Source: an uncultured Actinomycetota bacterium
Lineage (GTDB): Bacteria > Actinomycetota > Actinomycetes > Mycobacteriales > Mycobacteriaceae
Reading direction: 5' to 3'
NCBI GenBank assembly: GCA_963850135.1
Contig: CAWKKH010000016.1
Span: 147,989-179,988, forward strand
Length of the DNA: 32,000 bases
Shown here: one piece after another, positions 22,921 to 32,000 of the stretch
How the letters are laid out: each line of letters begins with the position of its first letter
Position numbering within the stretch: position 1 is the first letter of the stretch
Made by a program: the position numbers and the translations under genes
Notes under the pieces: model-generated
Seen by the model: only the letters and a program-made list of their open reading frames with translations
The model's database searches: none
Told to the model about the DNA's origin: nothing

Positions 22921-23810
22921 CATCGAGATTCATGGTCTGACCAAGAACTTCGGCACGGTGCGGGCGCTGGACGGACTTGACCTGACCGTGCGTACCGGAG
23001 AAGTGCACGGCTTCCTCGGACCGAACGGCGCCGGCAAGTCCACCACCATCCGCATCCTGTTGGGACTGGTGAAAGCCGACAGCGGCAGCGTGCGGCTGCT
23101 GGGCGGCGACCCATGGACCGAAGCCGTCGAGTTGCACCGCCAAATCGCTTACGTACCAGGAGACGTCACGTTGTGGCCCTCGTTAACGGGGGGCGAGACC
23201 ATTGACCTGTTGGCCCGCATGCGCGGCGGCATCGACGGGAAACGTCGCACCGAGCTGCTCGAGCGCTTCGATCTCGACCCACACAAGAAGGCACGTACGT
23301 ATTCCAAGGGCAACCGCCAAAAGGTCTCCCTGATCTCGGCCTTCTCGTCGCAGGCCGGGCTGCTGCTTTTGGATGAACCGAGTAGCGGCCTGGATCCGTT
23401 GATGGAGAACGTGTTCCAGCAATGTGTCGGTGAGGCGCGCGACCGGGGCGTCACGGTCCTATTGTCCAGCCACATCCTGGCCGAAACCGAGGCTCTGTGC
23501 GAACGGGTTACCATCATCCGGGCCGGCAAGACCGTCGAGAGCGGTTCACTGGACTCGATGCGGCATCTCAGCCGCACCTCGATCAGGGCCGAAATGACCG
23601 GCGATCCGGGCGATCTCACCCGGATTCGAGGGGTGGAGGACGTCAGCGTCGACGGCAACACGGTGCGCGCCCAGGTCGACAGCGAAAGCCTCGGCGGAAC
23701 TCATCAGGGTGCTCGGCGACGCCGGGGTGCGCAGCCTGAGCAGCCAGCCGCCGACGCTCGAGGAGCTGTTCCTGCGCCACTACAGCACCGCGGAGGTCTC
23801 GGCGTCATGA
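22910..23810 (+). pseudogene. ABC efflux transporter ATP-binding protein (Rv1218c-like), frameshifted as sequenced (+1 near 23693-23696)
   Basis: Walker [10 protein letters not shown], signature SKGNRQKV, Walker [14 protein letters not shown]-loop SSHIL. After ...VDSESL the conserved tail (A)[37 protein letters not shown] continues in the next frame (23694-23810). The original frame instead runs into the permease gene, giving the track's 847-aa ORF. Confidence 0.8.
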
Positions 23811-25453
23811 GCACCGCAACCCTGGATCAGTCGCGCCCCGGGGCGGGGCCCGCGCCGCGACACGGTTCGAACTTCTCCGGGACGCTCGGCATGCTGCGGC
23901 TTTACCTGCGCCGCGACCGAATCTCGTTGCCGCTGTGGGTGTTCCTGCTGTCGATACCGCTGGCCACCGTCTACGTCGGAAGCATCGAAAAGGTCTACCC
24001 CACCCAGGCCACCCGCGCCGCGTTCGCGGCCTCCATCATGGCCAGCCCCGCCCAACGCGCACTCTACGGGCAGGTCTACAACGACAGCCTTGGGGCGGTC
24101 GGCATATGGAAAGCCGGGATGTTCCACCTGCTGATCGCCGTGGCCGTCATCCTCACCGTGATCCGGCACACCCGCGGCGACGAGGAAACCGGCCGGACCG
24201 AGCTGATGGACTCAACCGCAATCGGCCGGTATGCCGGCCTCAGCGCGGCGCTGCTGATGTCGTTCGTGGCATCAATCGCCACCGGAGCGATCGGCACCGC
24301 CGGCCTGCTCACCACCAGCGTTCCGCCCGGCGGATCAATCGCTTTCGGAGCGGCGCTCGCCGGCTCGGGCCTGGTGTTCACCGCGGTCGCCGGGATAGCC
24401 GCGCAGCTGTCCCCGAGCGCACGGTTCGCGCGCGGCGCCGCGTTCGCCGTGTTGGGCGCCGCGTTCACGCTGCGCGCCATCGGCGATGCCGGGGATGGCA
24501 CGCTGTCGTGGCTCTCTCCGCTTGGGTGGTCGCTGCAAGTCAGGCCCTACGCGGGCGATCACTGGTGGGTGCTGCTGCTACACCTGACGACGACGGCCGT
24601 GCTCACCGCGGTGGCGTATCGGCTACTCGCCGGGCGCGACGTCGGCGCCGGACTCATCGCCGAACGCGCCGGTCCCGGCGCCGCCTCGACGGCGCTGGGC
24701 AACGCCTTCGGGCTCGCCTGGCGACTCGACCGAGGCTCCCTACTGGTGTGGAGCGCCGGCCTGTGCATGTACGGCCTGCTGATGGGCAGTGTGGCGAACG
24801 GCATCGGTGACGAGCTGGGCGACAGCACCGTCGCACGCGACATCGTTGCACGGATGGGCGGCACCAGCGCTCTCGAAGAGGCGTTTATCGCGGTGGCGTT
24901 CACCATGCTGGGCATGATGGCCGCCGCATTCACCGTCTCCCTCACATTGCGGCTGCACCAGGAAGAGTCCGCGCAACGAGCCGAGACGACGCTGGCCGGT
25001 GCGGTCTCCCGAACTCGCTGGCTGGCAAGCCATCTGGCGACGGCGTTGATCGGGTCGGCGATGGCGCTGCTGATCGCCGGAGCGGCGGCGGGACTCGTCT
25101 ACGGCATCGCCGCCGGTGACGTCGCCGGCAAGCTGGGCGCCGTCGTCGGCACCGCCGCCGCGCAACTGCCGGCGGTCTGGCTGCTGTCCGCCGTGACGGT
25201 GGCGGTGTTCGGTCTCGCGCCACGATTCACACCGGTGGCGTGGGGCGTGTTGGTCGGCTTCGTCGCCTTGTATCTGATTGGTTCGCTGGCCGGGTTCCCC
25301 CAGTGGTTGCTCGATCTCGAACCGTTCGCGCACATCCCGCGGGTCAGCTCGGGCGCCTTCACCGCCGTGCCGTTACTGTGGCTATTGGGGATGGACACGG
25401 CGCTGACCGCGTTGGGAATCGTCGCTTTCAGACGCCGCGATCTGCGTTGCTAG
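23807..25453 (+). CDS. ABC efflux transporter permease (Rv1217c-like, ABC-2 type)
   Basis: ATG 23807 overlaps the expected ATPase stop (ATGA) and gives 548 aa with multiple hydrophobic helices throughout. Confidence 0.85.
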   Translation: MSTATLDQSRPGAGPAPRHGSNFSGTLGMLRLYLRRDRISLPLWVFLLSIPLATVYVGSIEKVYPTQATRAAFAASIMASPAQRALYGQVYNDSLGAVGIWKAGMFHLLIAVAVILTVIRHTRGDEETGRTELMDSTAIGRYAGLSAALLMSFVASIATGAIGTAGLLTTSVPPGGSIAFGAALAGSGLVFTAVAGIAAQLSPSARFARGAAFAVLGAAFTLRAIGDAGDGTLSWLSPLGWSLQVRPYAGDHWWVLLLHLTTTAVLTAVAYRLLAGRDVGAGLIAERAGPGAASTALGNAFGLAWRLDRGSLLVWSAGLCMYGLLMGSVANGIGDELGDSTVARDIVARMGGTSALEEAFIAVAFTMLGMMAAAFTVSLTLRLHQEESAQRAETTLAGAVSRTRWLASHLATALIGSAMALLIAGAAAGLVYGIAAGDVAGKLGAVVGTAAAQLPAVWLLSAVTVAVFGLAPRFTPVAWGVLVGFVALYLIGSLAGFPQWLLDLEPFAHIPRVSSGAFTAVPLLWLLGMDTALTALGIVAFRRRDLRC

Positions 25454-25460
25454 GGGAGAA

Positions 25461-26135
25461 ATGAACACGGGTTTCAAGTTGGTGATGTCGAGCCTGATCG
25501 GGCTTTTGCTACTCGGCGTGACCGTGTTCTGGCCGGCCGGCACCTTCGACTATTGGCAGGCATGGGTTTTCGTCTCCGTGTTCACCGCGACGACGATCGT
25601 GCCCACGATCTATCTGGGCCGGTCCGACCCGGCGGTATTGCAGCGACGCATGCATGGTGGGCCCACGGCCGAGGGCAGGCCGATTCAGAAGGTCATCATC
25701 GTCGGCGCGTTTCTGGGCCTCGTCGGGATGGTCGTAGTCAGCGCTCTCGACCATCGGTTCGGCTGGTCGACGGTGCCTGCGGCGGTGTCCGTACTCGGTG
25801 ATCTTCTGGTGGTGGCCGGCCTCGGTATCGCCATGCTGGTGATCGTCCAGAACCGATACGCCGCGGCAACCGTCACTGTCGAGGCGGACCAGAAACTGAC
25901 GTCCACCGGTCTCTACACACTCGTGCGCCATCCGATGTATGTGGGAAACCTTGTGATGATGGTGGGCATACCGCTGGCGCTCGGGTCCTACTGGGGGCTG
26001 GTCTTCCTGATTTCGGGCGTTCTGGCGCTGGTGTTGCGGATCCTCGACGAGGAGCAGTTACTCATCCACGAGTTGCGCGGATACCGCGAATACCGGCAGA
26101 ACGTGCGCTACCGCCTGGTCCCCCACGTCTGGTAG
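25461..26135 (+). CDS. integral-membrane methyltransferase, ICMT/PEMT-like (Rv1216c-like)
   Basis: 224 aa, polytopic, with C-terminal signature LVRHPMYVGNLVMMVGIPLALGS. Confidence 0.8.
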   Translation: MNTGFKLVMSSLIGLLLLGVTVFWPAGTFDYWQAWVFVSVFTATTIVPTIYLGRSDPAVLQRRMHGGPTAEGRPIQKVIIVGAFLGLVGMVVVSALDHRFGWSTVPAAVSVLGDLLVVAGLGIAMLVIVQNRYAAATVTVEADQKLTSTGLYTLVRHPMYVGNLVMMVGIPLALGSYWGLVFLISGVLALVLRILDEEQLLIHELRGYREYRQNVRYRLVPHVW

Positions 26136-26149
26136 CCGCCCAGACCGCC

Positions 26150-26202
26150 CGAGCAGACAAAGAATCGCCCATTTCGAAAGTGGGCGATTCTCTGTCTGCT
26201 CG
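26150..26202. terminator. long near-perfect hairpin between convergent genes; candidate bidirectional terminator / conserved mycobacterial palindromic element
   Basis: CGAGCAGACAAAGAATCGCCCA - TTTCGAAAG - TGGGCGATTCTCTGTCTGCTCG has 22-bp arms with one mismatch. It sits in the 83-bp gap between stops at 26135 (+) and 26219 (-). No U-tract follows it. Confidence 0.6.
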
Positions 26203-26218
26203 CGGAAAGTGGGGTGAG

Positions 26219-27436
26219 CTAGATCCAGATGCCCTTGCCCACCGCGACAACGCCACCGGCGCTGATCGCGAAGCGTTCCCGATCCTTCTCCAGATCGACT
26301 CCGACCATCTCGCCCGGCCCCACGACGACGTTCTTGTCCAGAATCGCGTGCCGCACCACCGCGCCGCGGCCGACCCGAACGCCCGGCATGATCACGCTGC
26401 CCTCGACGATGGCCCCGTCGTCGACCACGACATTGGAAGACAGCACCGAGTTGCGCACCGATGCCGCCGAGATGATGCTGCCGGCGCCCACCACCGACTC
26501 CTGCGCGGAGCCGCCGTTGACGAACTTGGCCGGCGCAAGGTGCTCCGAGGCGCCAAGGATTGGCCAGCGCCTGTTGTAGAGGTTAAAGACCGGATGCACC
26601 GAGACCAAGTCCATGTGCGCGTCATAGAACGCGTCCAGTGTCCCGACGTCCCGCCAGTAGGCCTTGTCGCGTTCGGTCGCGCCCGGCACCTCGTTGTCGG
26701 AGAAGTCGTACACCGCGGCCAGCCCGTCGGCCACCAACTGCGGGATGATGTCGCCGCCCATGTCATGGTCCGAGTGGTCGTTGTCGGCGTCGGCGCGGAT
26801 CGCGTCGATGAGCACCTTGGTGGTGAAGATGTAGTTGCCCATCGAGGCAAACGTCGTATCGGGGTCGTCGTGCGTCCCAGGCGGCTCCAGCGGCTTCTCC
26901 ACGAAGCTGCGGATGCGACCGGAGTCGTCGGAGTCGATGCAACCGAATGCGTGCGCCTCGGAGCGCGGAACCCGGATCCCGGCCACCGTTGCTCCGGCTC
27001 CGCTGTCGATGTGGAACCGGACCATCTGCTCGGGGTCCATCCGGTAGACGTGATCCGCGCCGAAAACCACTATGTAGTCGGGGTCTTCGTCGTAGATCAG
27101 GTTGAGCGATTGATGGATCGCGTCGGCGGAGCCGGTGTACCAGCGCGGGCCGAGCCGCTGCTGCGCCGGCACCGGGGTGATGTACTCGCCGGCCAGCCCG
27201 GACAGCCGCCAGTTCTGCGAAATGTGGCGGTCCAGCGAATGCGACTTGTATTGAGTGAGAACGCAGATCCTCAAGTAACGGGCGTTGACCAGATTGGAGA
27301 GCACGAAGTCGATCAATCGATAGGCGCCTCCGAAGGGAACCGCGGGTTTGGCCCGGTCCGCGGTCAGCGGATAAAGCCGCTTGCCCTCACCACCGGCCAG
27401 GACAATGCCCAGCACGTGTGGTGGCGCATCCCTCAT
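26219..27436 (-). CDS. glgC: glucose-1-phosphate adenylyltransferase
   Basis: 405 aa with N-terminal [25 protein letters not shown] and a C-terminal left-handed beta-helix region. Intact. Confidence 0.95.
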   Translation of the reverse strand: MRDAPPHVLGIVLAGGEGKRLYPLTADRAKPAVPFGGAYRLIDFVLSNLVNARYLRICVLTQYKSHSLDRHISQNWRLSGLAGEYITPVPAQQRLGPRWYTGSADAIHQSLNLIYDEDPDYIVVFGADHVYRMDPEQMVRFHIDSGAGATVAGIRVPRSEAHAFGCIDSDDSGRIRSFVEKPLEPPGTHDDPDTTFASMGNYIFTTKVLIDAIRADADNDHSDHDMGGDIIPQLVADGLAAVYDFSDNEVPGATERDKAYWRDVGTLDAFYDAHMDLVSVHPVFNLYNRRWPILGASEHLAPAKFVNGGSAQESVVGAGSIISAASVRNSVLSSNVVVDDGAIVEGSVIMPGVRVGRGAVVRHAILDKNVVVGPGEMVGVDLEKDRERFAISAGGVVAVGKGIWI

Positions 27437-27607
27437 GGCACAAACCTATCCGCAGCCGCGACCGTCTGCCAGCAGGCCCGCCGCAATGGGCCGCGTTCTG
27501 ACGGGCTCTGTCAAGGTATTTGGTCCGGTCCGACGTTTCCCGTGGCCGCCACCACATTATCCGCCCCGACTCGCGGGACGCATCGTTTGCGAACTACGGT
27601 GCCCTGT

Positions 27608-28773
27608 ATGCGGGTGGCGATGATGACGCGGGAATACCCACCAGAGGTATACGGCGGGGCCGGCGTACACGTCACCGAACTGGTCGCGCAACTGCGCCGG
27701 CTGTGCGCGGTCGACGTGCACTGCATGGGCGCACCGCGCCCGGGCGCCTTCGCGCATCAGCCCGACCCGCGGTTCCACGGGGCCAACGCAGCAATGTCCA
27801 CCCTGTCGGCCGATCTGGTGATGGCCAACGCCGCGTCGGCGGCCACCGTCGCGCATTCGCACACCTGGTACACCGGCATGGCCGGGCATCTGGCCGCGCT
27901 GCTCTACGACATCCCCCATGTCCTGACCGCCCATTCGCTCGAGCCGCTGCGCCCGTGGAAGGCCGAGCAACTCGGTGGCGGCTACCGGGTATCGACGTGG
28001 GTGGAGCACACCGCGGTACTGGCCGCGGACGCCATCATCTCGGTCAGCGCCGGGATGCGCGAGGACATCCTGCGGGTCTACCCCACCCTGGATCCGAACC
28101 TCGTGCACGTCATCCGCAACGGGATCGACACCGATGTCTGGTATCCGGCCGAGCCGGTGCGCACCGGGTCGGTGCTGGCCGAGCTGGGGGTCGATCCCAA
28201 CCGGCCCACCGTTGCGTTCGTCGGGCGGATCACCCGGCAGAAGGGTGTCGAACACCTGGTGGCCGCCGCGCACCAATTCCACCCCGACGTGCAGTTGGTG
28301 CTGTGCGCCGGCGCGCCCGACACTACCGGAGATAGCCGACGAGGTGCGTTCGGCGGTGGCCGGATTGGCCCGCAATCGCACGGGCGTGTTCTGGGTCCGG
28401 GAGATGCTTCCCAGCGGGAAGTTACGTGAAATACTCTCGGCCGCAAATGTTTTCGTGTGCCCGTCGGTGTACGAGCCGCTGGGCATCGTGAACCTAGAGG
28501 CGATGGCGTGCGGCACCGCGGTGGTCGCCTCCGACGTAGGCGGCATACCCGAGGTGGTCGCCGACGGAATCACCGGGTCGCTGGTGCACTACGACGCCGA
28601 CGATCCGAGTCGGTTACCAGGCGAGACTGGCCGGGGCTGTCAACGAGTTGATCGCCGACCCGGAACGGGCGGATCGTTACGGCCGTGCGGGCCGCCAGCG
28701 CTGCATCGAGGAATTCTCGTGGGCCCAAGTTGCCGAGCAGACGCTCGAGATCTACCGAAAGGTGTGCGCCTAG
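27608..28773 (+). pseudogene. glgM: GT4 alpha-maltose-1-phosphate synthase (GlgM, formerly GlgA; Rv1212c-like), carrying two +1 frameshifts as sequenced
   Basis: MRVAMMTREYPPEVYGGAGVHV... is read in frame 2 up to ...LCAGAPDT (~28324). It continues PEIADEVRSAV...EPLGIVNLEAMACG...HYDADDPS in frame 0 up to ~28610. It then continues GYQARLAGAVNELIADPERADRYGRAGRQRCIEEFSWAQVAEQTLEIYRKVCA* in frame 1. The span is 1166 nt, which is 387 codons plus a stop plus 2 extra bases. Confidence 0.85.
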
Positions 28774-28839
28774 CCGGTCCAGCCCGGCTACCCCGTATTC
28801 AGGCCCCGGCAAACTTCCGCTCGGCCGTTCTTCGCCGAC

Positions 28840-29007
28840 TCAGCCGGTAACACCCTTGAGCTCGTCACCCAACGCGGCGGCCTCGTCGGGCGTCAACTCC
28901 ACGACGAGTCGGCCGCCGCCCTCAAGTGGTACCCGCATAACGATGCCGCGCCCCTCCTTTGTTGCCTCCAGAGGACCGTCTCCGGTCCGGGGCTTCATCG
29001 CCGCCAT
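28840..29007 (-). CDS. small conserved actinobacterial protein (Rv1211-like; I recall it as DUF3117)
   Basis: 55 aa, below the ORF-track cutoff: MAAMKPRTGDGPLEATKEGRGIVMRVPLEGGGRLVVELTPDEAAALGDELKGVTG*. GGAGGGAG SD 7 nt upstream of the ATG. The sequence matches my memory of the highly conserved Rv1211 core. Confidence 0.75.
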   Translation of the reverse strand: MAAMKPRTGDGPLEATKEGRGIVMRVPLEGGGRLVVELTPDEAAALGDELKGVTG

Positions 29008-29217
29008 CGAGTGCTCCCTCCAGATTCACGCTGGCCCGCTTTCACGGACTTGGTCGGCGCCGAGCACGCCCCGCCGGCGGATTCCCAGCCATACCCGACA
29101 TTGAACTGCCAAATCACCCCCCTATTGTTCCCTATCCGACTGAGTAGATGTACCAGACCCGCTTGTCTGGCCTCATCGGGTTGCTCGCGGGCCCTCGAAG
29201 ATCGGGGTCACCGTCGT

Positions 29218-29784
29218 TTACGACACCCAGCAATCGCGAATATGGTCATCGACCATTCCGGTCGCCTGCATCAGCGCATATGCGGTGGTGGGCCCGACGA
29301 AGCGGAAGCCGCGCCGTTTCAGTTCGCGCGCCATCGCCTTAGATTCTTCGCTGGTCGAGGGGATTTCGGATGAATCGGCGGGCCGGGGCCGCGGCGGCGG
29401 CGCAAACGACCACAGCAGCTCGGACAGATCTTCGGATCCCAGTTCGGCGGCCACGCGCGCGTTGCCGATCGTCGCCTCAATCTTTGCCCGGTTGCGGACG
29501 ATTCCCTCGTCAGCCATCAGCCGTTGCACATCGGCATCGGTGAAGCGGGCAACTTTTTCGATGTCGAACCCGGAGAAGGCACGCCGAAAATTCTCCCGCT
29601 TGCGCAGGATGATCAACCACGACAGGCCGCTCTGAAAGGCCTCGAGGCTCATGCGCTCGAACAACGCCAGCCGGCCATGCAACGGACGGCCCCACTCCTG
29701 ATCGTGATAGTTGCGGTACAGGTCGAAATCCGGCCCTGGCCGGCCATTCGCCCAGCCGCAGCGCACCAATCCGTCATCGCTCAC
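29218..29784 (-). CDS. tagA: DNA-3-methyladenine glycosylase I
   Basis: 188 aa with RCGW, YHDQEWG and FQSGLSW motifs. The GTG start overlaps the upstream TGA (GTGA). Confidence 0.9.
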   Translation of the reverse strand: MSDDGLVRCGWANGRPGPDFDLYRNYHDQEWGRPLHGRLALFERMSLEAFQSGLSWLIILRKRENFRRAFSGFDIEKVARFTDADVQRLMADEGIVRNRAKIEATIGNARVAAELGSEDLSELLWSFAPPPRPRPADSSEIPSTSEESKAMARELKRRGFRFVGPTTAYALMQATGMVDDHIRDCWVS

Positions 29785-30116
29785 GTCTTTTCCTGACGAT
29801 CCTCGCTACCCGCAGGTTCCGCGGCATCCGGTTCGGTTTGGGCGGCCGCCAGCTGACCGCGCAAGGCCTCAAGCTCGCGGGCGAGCCGGTCGAGCACCCA
29901 GTCCACCTCGCTGACCTTGTATCCGCGCAATACCTGGGTGAACTTGACGGCGTCTACGTCGGCGCCGGTGACACCGAATGCGGGCAGTACCGTCGCCGTC
30001 GTCCCCCGCGGCAGGGGCGGCAACTGCTCGCCCCGGCCGAACAGCAGGCTCGCCGCGGCGAACAGCACGATCGCCACCAGCACCAACACCACCAGGTAGA
30101 GCAACACCAACGCCAC
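29781..30116 (-). CDS. small membrane protein with DivIVA-like domain (Rv1209-like)
   Basis: 111 aa with an N-terminal TM helix (ALVLLYLVVLVLVAIVLFAAA), then FTQVLRGYKVSEVDWVLDRLARELEAL. Confidence 0.8.
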   Translation of the reverse strand: MALVLLYLVVLVLVAIVLFAAASLLFGRGEQLPPLPRGTTATVLPAFGVTGADVDAVKFTQVLRGYKVSEVDWVLDRLARELEALRGQLAAAQTEPDAAEPAGSEDRQEKT

Positions 30117-30154
30117 GCAAACGATATTGCCCTATACCGCCGACAGCCCGGTGA

Positions 30155-31181
30155 TCAGCGTGGGCGCAACCCGTTCATCGGTGGCCGGTCCAGCAGCGAC
30201 ACCGGCGAAGTGTGTTGGGTGTAGCCACAACCGTCGGGGCCATCCGCGAAAAACTGGGTCAACTCGACGCCGGAATCGGAGATCCCACACCGCGACAACA
30301 AGGTGGCGATGACCTGCCGGCTCATAGCGCCCAGCGCGGCCAGTGGCCGGTTGCGGTGGGCTCGCACACCGAGGTTGACCTGCGCAATCGCATCCAGGCC
30401 CAACCGGTCGAAGGTGTCGATCAGAATGCCGATCTCGACTCCGTAGCCGGGGGCGAACGGCAGCGCCGTCAGCAATTCCCGGGTGGCCGCGTACTCGCCA
30501 CCGAGGGGCTGCAAGATGCAGCCCAGCTCCGGCCGCAGCGCCGCGAGCAGCGGCCGGGCCACCAGCTCGGTCACCCGCCCGCCACCGGTGGAGCCCGCAC
30601 CGCCGCCCATCTCGCCGATATCGCTGACACCGTCGGCCTCGTGAACCATCAGGGGCCGTCGGTAGACGCTCTTGACCAGGTGGATCCCGTCGCCGGTGAG
30701 CAGCGGGTCGACCAGCCATGGCACGAACATCGGGTGCGGGTCGATCAGATCCGCGTCGATGAACACCACAATGTCTCCGCTGGTGGCCGCGAGTGAGCGC
30801 CACAACACCTCGCCCTTACCGGGAAGCGTCGGCACCTCAGGCAGCGCTTGTTCACGGCTGATGACACGGGCACCGGCCGCGATGGCGCGGATCTCGGTGT
30901 CGTCCGTTGAGCCGGAATTCAGCACGATGAGCTCGTCAACCAACCCCCCAGAATCCCTGACCAGCGGCGAGATGCTGTCGATCACCGATTCGATGGTTTC
31001 TTCCTCGTCGAGGGCGGGCAGCACCACGGAGATCGTGCGCCCGGCCTTCGCCGCTTCCAGTTCCGCAATGGAGCGGCCGGGACGGTTCCAGCTGCCGTTG
31101 GACCGCCAGACGTCGCCGGCCCGCGCGCCGGGCGCCCCAGGGATTGGTGAGGTCGCCGGCGACCAGCTCCGATGCCGTCAT
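30155..31181 (-). pseudogene. gpgS: glucosyl-3-phosphoglycerate synthase (Rv1208-like), +1 frameshift near the 5' end as sequenced
   Basis: ATG 31181 (overlapping the folP2 stop, ATGA) encodes the conserved MTASELVAGDL... The GT-A body (...WNRPGRSIAELEAAKAGRTISVVLPALDEEETIESV...FIDADL...) is in the next frame. That frame has no ATG/GTG/TTG before GTG 31027. The span is 1027 nt, i.e. 3n+1. Confidence 0.8.
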
Positions 31182-32000
31182 GCCAACCCCCTCACCGTGC
31201 GCGTCGGGGGACGCATGCCCTGGATCGAGGCCACCATTTCCAGTACTCGCCGGGTGGCCGCGACCTGATGCACCCGAAACATCCGGGCGCCGGCGGCAGC
31301 CGCAAGCGCGGTGGCAGCCAGCGTGCCCTCAAGCCGTTCGGTCAGTTCCACGCCCAGAGTCTCCCCGACAAAGTCCTTATTGCTCAAAGCCATGAGCACG
31401 GGCCACCCGGTCTTAACAAGGTCGGCGACGTGACGCAACAGCAGCAGCCCGTGGAAGGTGTTCTTGCCGAAGTCGTGGGTTGGGTCGATCAGCACTCTGT
31501 CGCGCGCTACTCCGGCCGCGACCGCCCGCTCGGCGGCGCCGGTGACCTGACGAATCACGTCGTCCACCACGCCGCGGGTGGTCATCCCGTAACTCACCCG
31601 GAAGGGACGGGTACGCGGGACCGCGCCGCCGGTGTGCGAACACACCAGACCCGCCCCGAACTCGGATGCCACCTCGAACAGGCCGGGGTCAACGCCACCC
31701 CAGGTGTCGTTGATCAAATCGGCGCCCGCCGCACAGGCCACCCTGGCCACCTCGGCACGCCAGGTGTCGACGCTGATCAGCTGGTCCGGGTAGGCGCCAC
31801 GGAGCCATTCGATGAATGGCACCAGCCGGGCGATCTCGGTGTCCGCATCGACGCGCTGGCCCGGGCCCGCCTTGACGCCGCCCACGTCGATCACATCGGC
31901 ACCCTCGGCGACGGCGCGGTGCACCGCGGCCCTGGCAGCCTCGTCGCTGAAGGTCGCGCCCTTGTCGTAGAACGAATCGGGGGTGCGATTGACGATCGCC
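31178..32000 (-). CDS. folP2: dihydropteroate-synthase paralogue FolP2, 3' ~274 codons; 5' end lies outside the window
   Basis: The frame is open to the window edge (AIVNRTPDSFYDKGATFSDE...); the track's 'M' at 31924 is an internal GTG. Pterin-binding motifs DVGGVKAGPG and SVDTWRAEVA; C-terminal ...RTVRGLA*. Confidence 0.88.
   Translation of the reverse strand, partial: AIVNRTPDSFYDKGATFSDEAARAAVHRAVAEGADVIDVGGVKAGPGQRVDADTEIARLVPFIEWLRGAYPDQLISVDTWRAEVARVACAAGADLINDTWGGVDPGLFEVASEFGAGLVCSHTGGAVPRTRPFRVSYGMTTRGVVDDVIRQVTGAAERAVAAGVARDRVLIDPTHDFGKNTFHGLLLLRHVADLVKTGWPVLMALSNKDFVGETLGVELTERLEGTLAATALAAAAGARMFRVHQVAATRRVLEMVASIQGMRPPTRTVRGLA

Noticed and set aside
23688-23700. Programmed ribosomal frameshift as the explanation for the ABC ATPase frame change
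   Set aside because: I can see no slippery heptamer (the sequence is AGC CTC GGC GGA ACT) and no obvious downstream stimulatory structure. Orthologues as I recall them are simple two-gene operons with an ATGA overlap.
26180-27607. The first ~476 codons of the 749-aa plus-strand ORF
   Set aside because: This part is antisense to the well-supported glgC. Only the portion from ATG 27608 (MRVAMMTREYPPEVYGGAGVHV) is real glgM coding sequence.

Overview
This is a high-GC (roughly two-thirds G+C by eye) actinobacterial chromosome segment. I recognise it as a Mycobacterium core region, collinear with but inverted relative to M. tuberculosis H37Rv Rv1248c (kgd) through Rv1207 (folP2). All names come from motifs read in the translations plus my memory of H37Rv gene order; no search was run.

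Gene content, left to right:
- kgd 3' end, an SDR, lpqZ, a short malic enzyme, mdh and corA
- a SUFU-like ORF coupled to the trehalose importer lpqY-sugABC, and a small membrane protein
- an MgtE_N/CBS + DUF1003 pair, a lytic-transglycosylase-like Pro-rich membrane protein, and mrp
- the sigE-rseA-htrA-tatB envelope-stress cluster and an O-methyltransferase
- a PE_PGRS protein with a C-terminal histidine-phosphatase domain
- the raaS(TetR)-ABC efflux operon, an ICMT-like methyltransferase, and glgC/glgM
- a 55-aa conserved ORF missed by the ORF track, tagA, a DivIVA-domain protein, gpgS and a partial folP2

I see no rRNA, tRNA, CRISPR, IS element or prophage. The window is mostly ordinary housekeeping, and I cannot defend a new multi-gene 'system'.

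Items worth a second look:
1. Four single-base (+1) frameshifts, all in the right-hand third: the ABC ATPase (which becomes fused in frame to its permease), glgM (twice) and gpgS.
2. The PE_PGRS-phosphatase gene inserted between two genes that are adjacent in H37Rv, with a possibly degenerate catalytic His.
3. Two copies of a long palindromic terminator-like element at convergent gene junctions.
4. A SUFU-like gene translationally coupled to sugC.
5. Readable regulatory architecture at sigE and raaS.

Many long ORFs in the track are antisense artefacts of high GC content.
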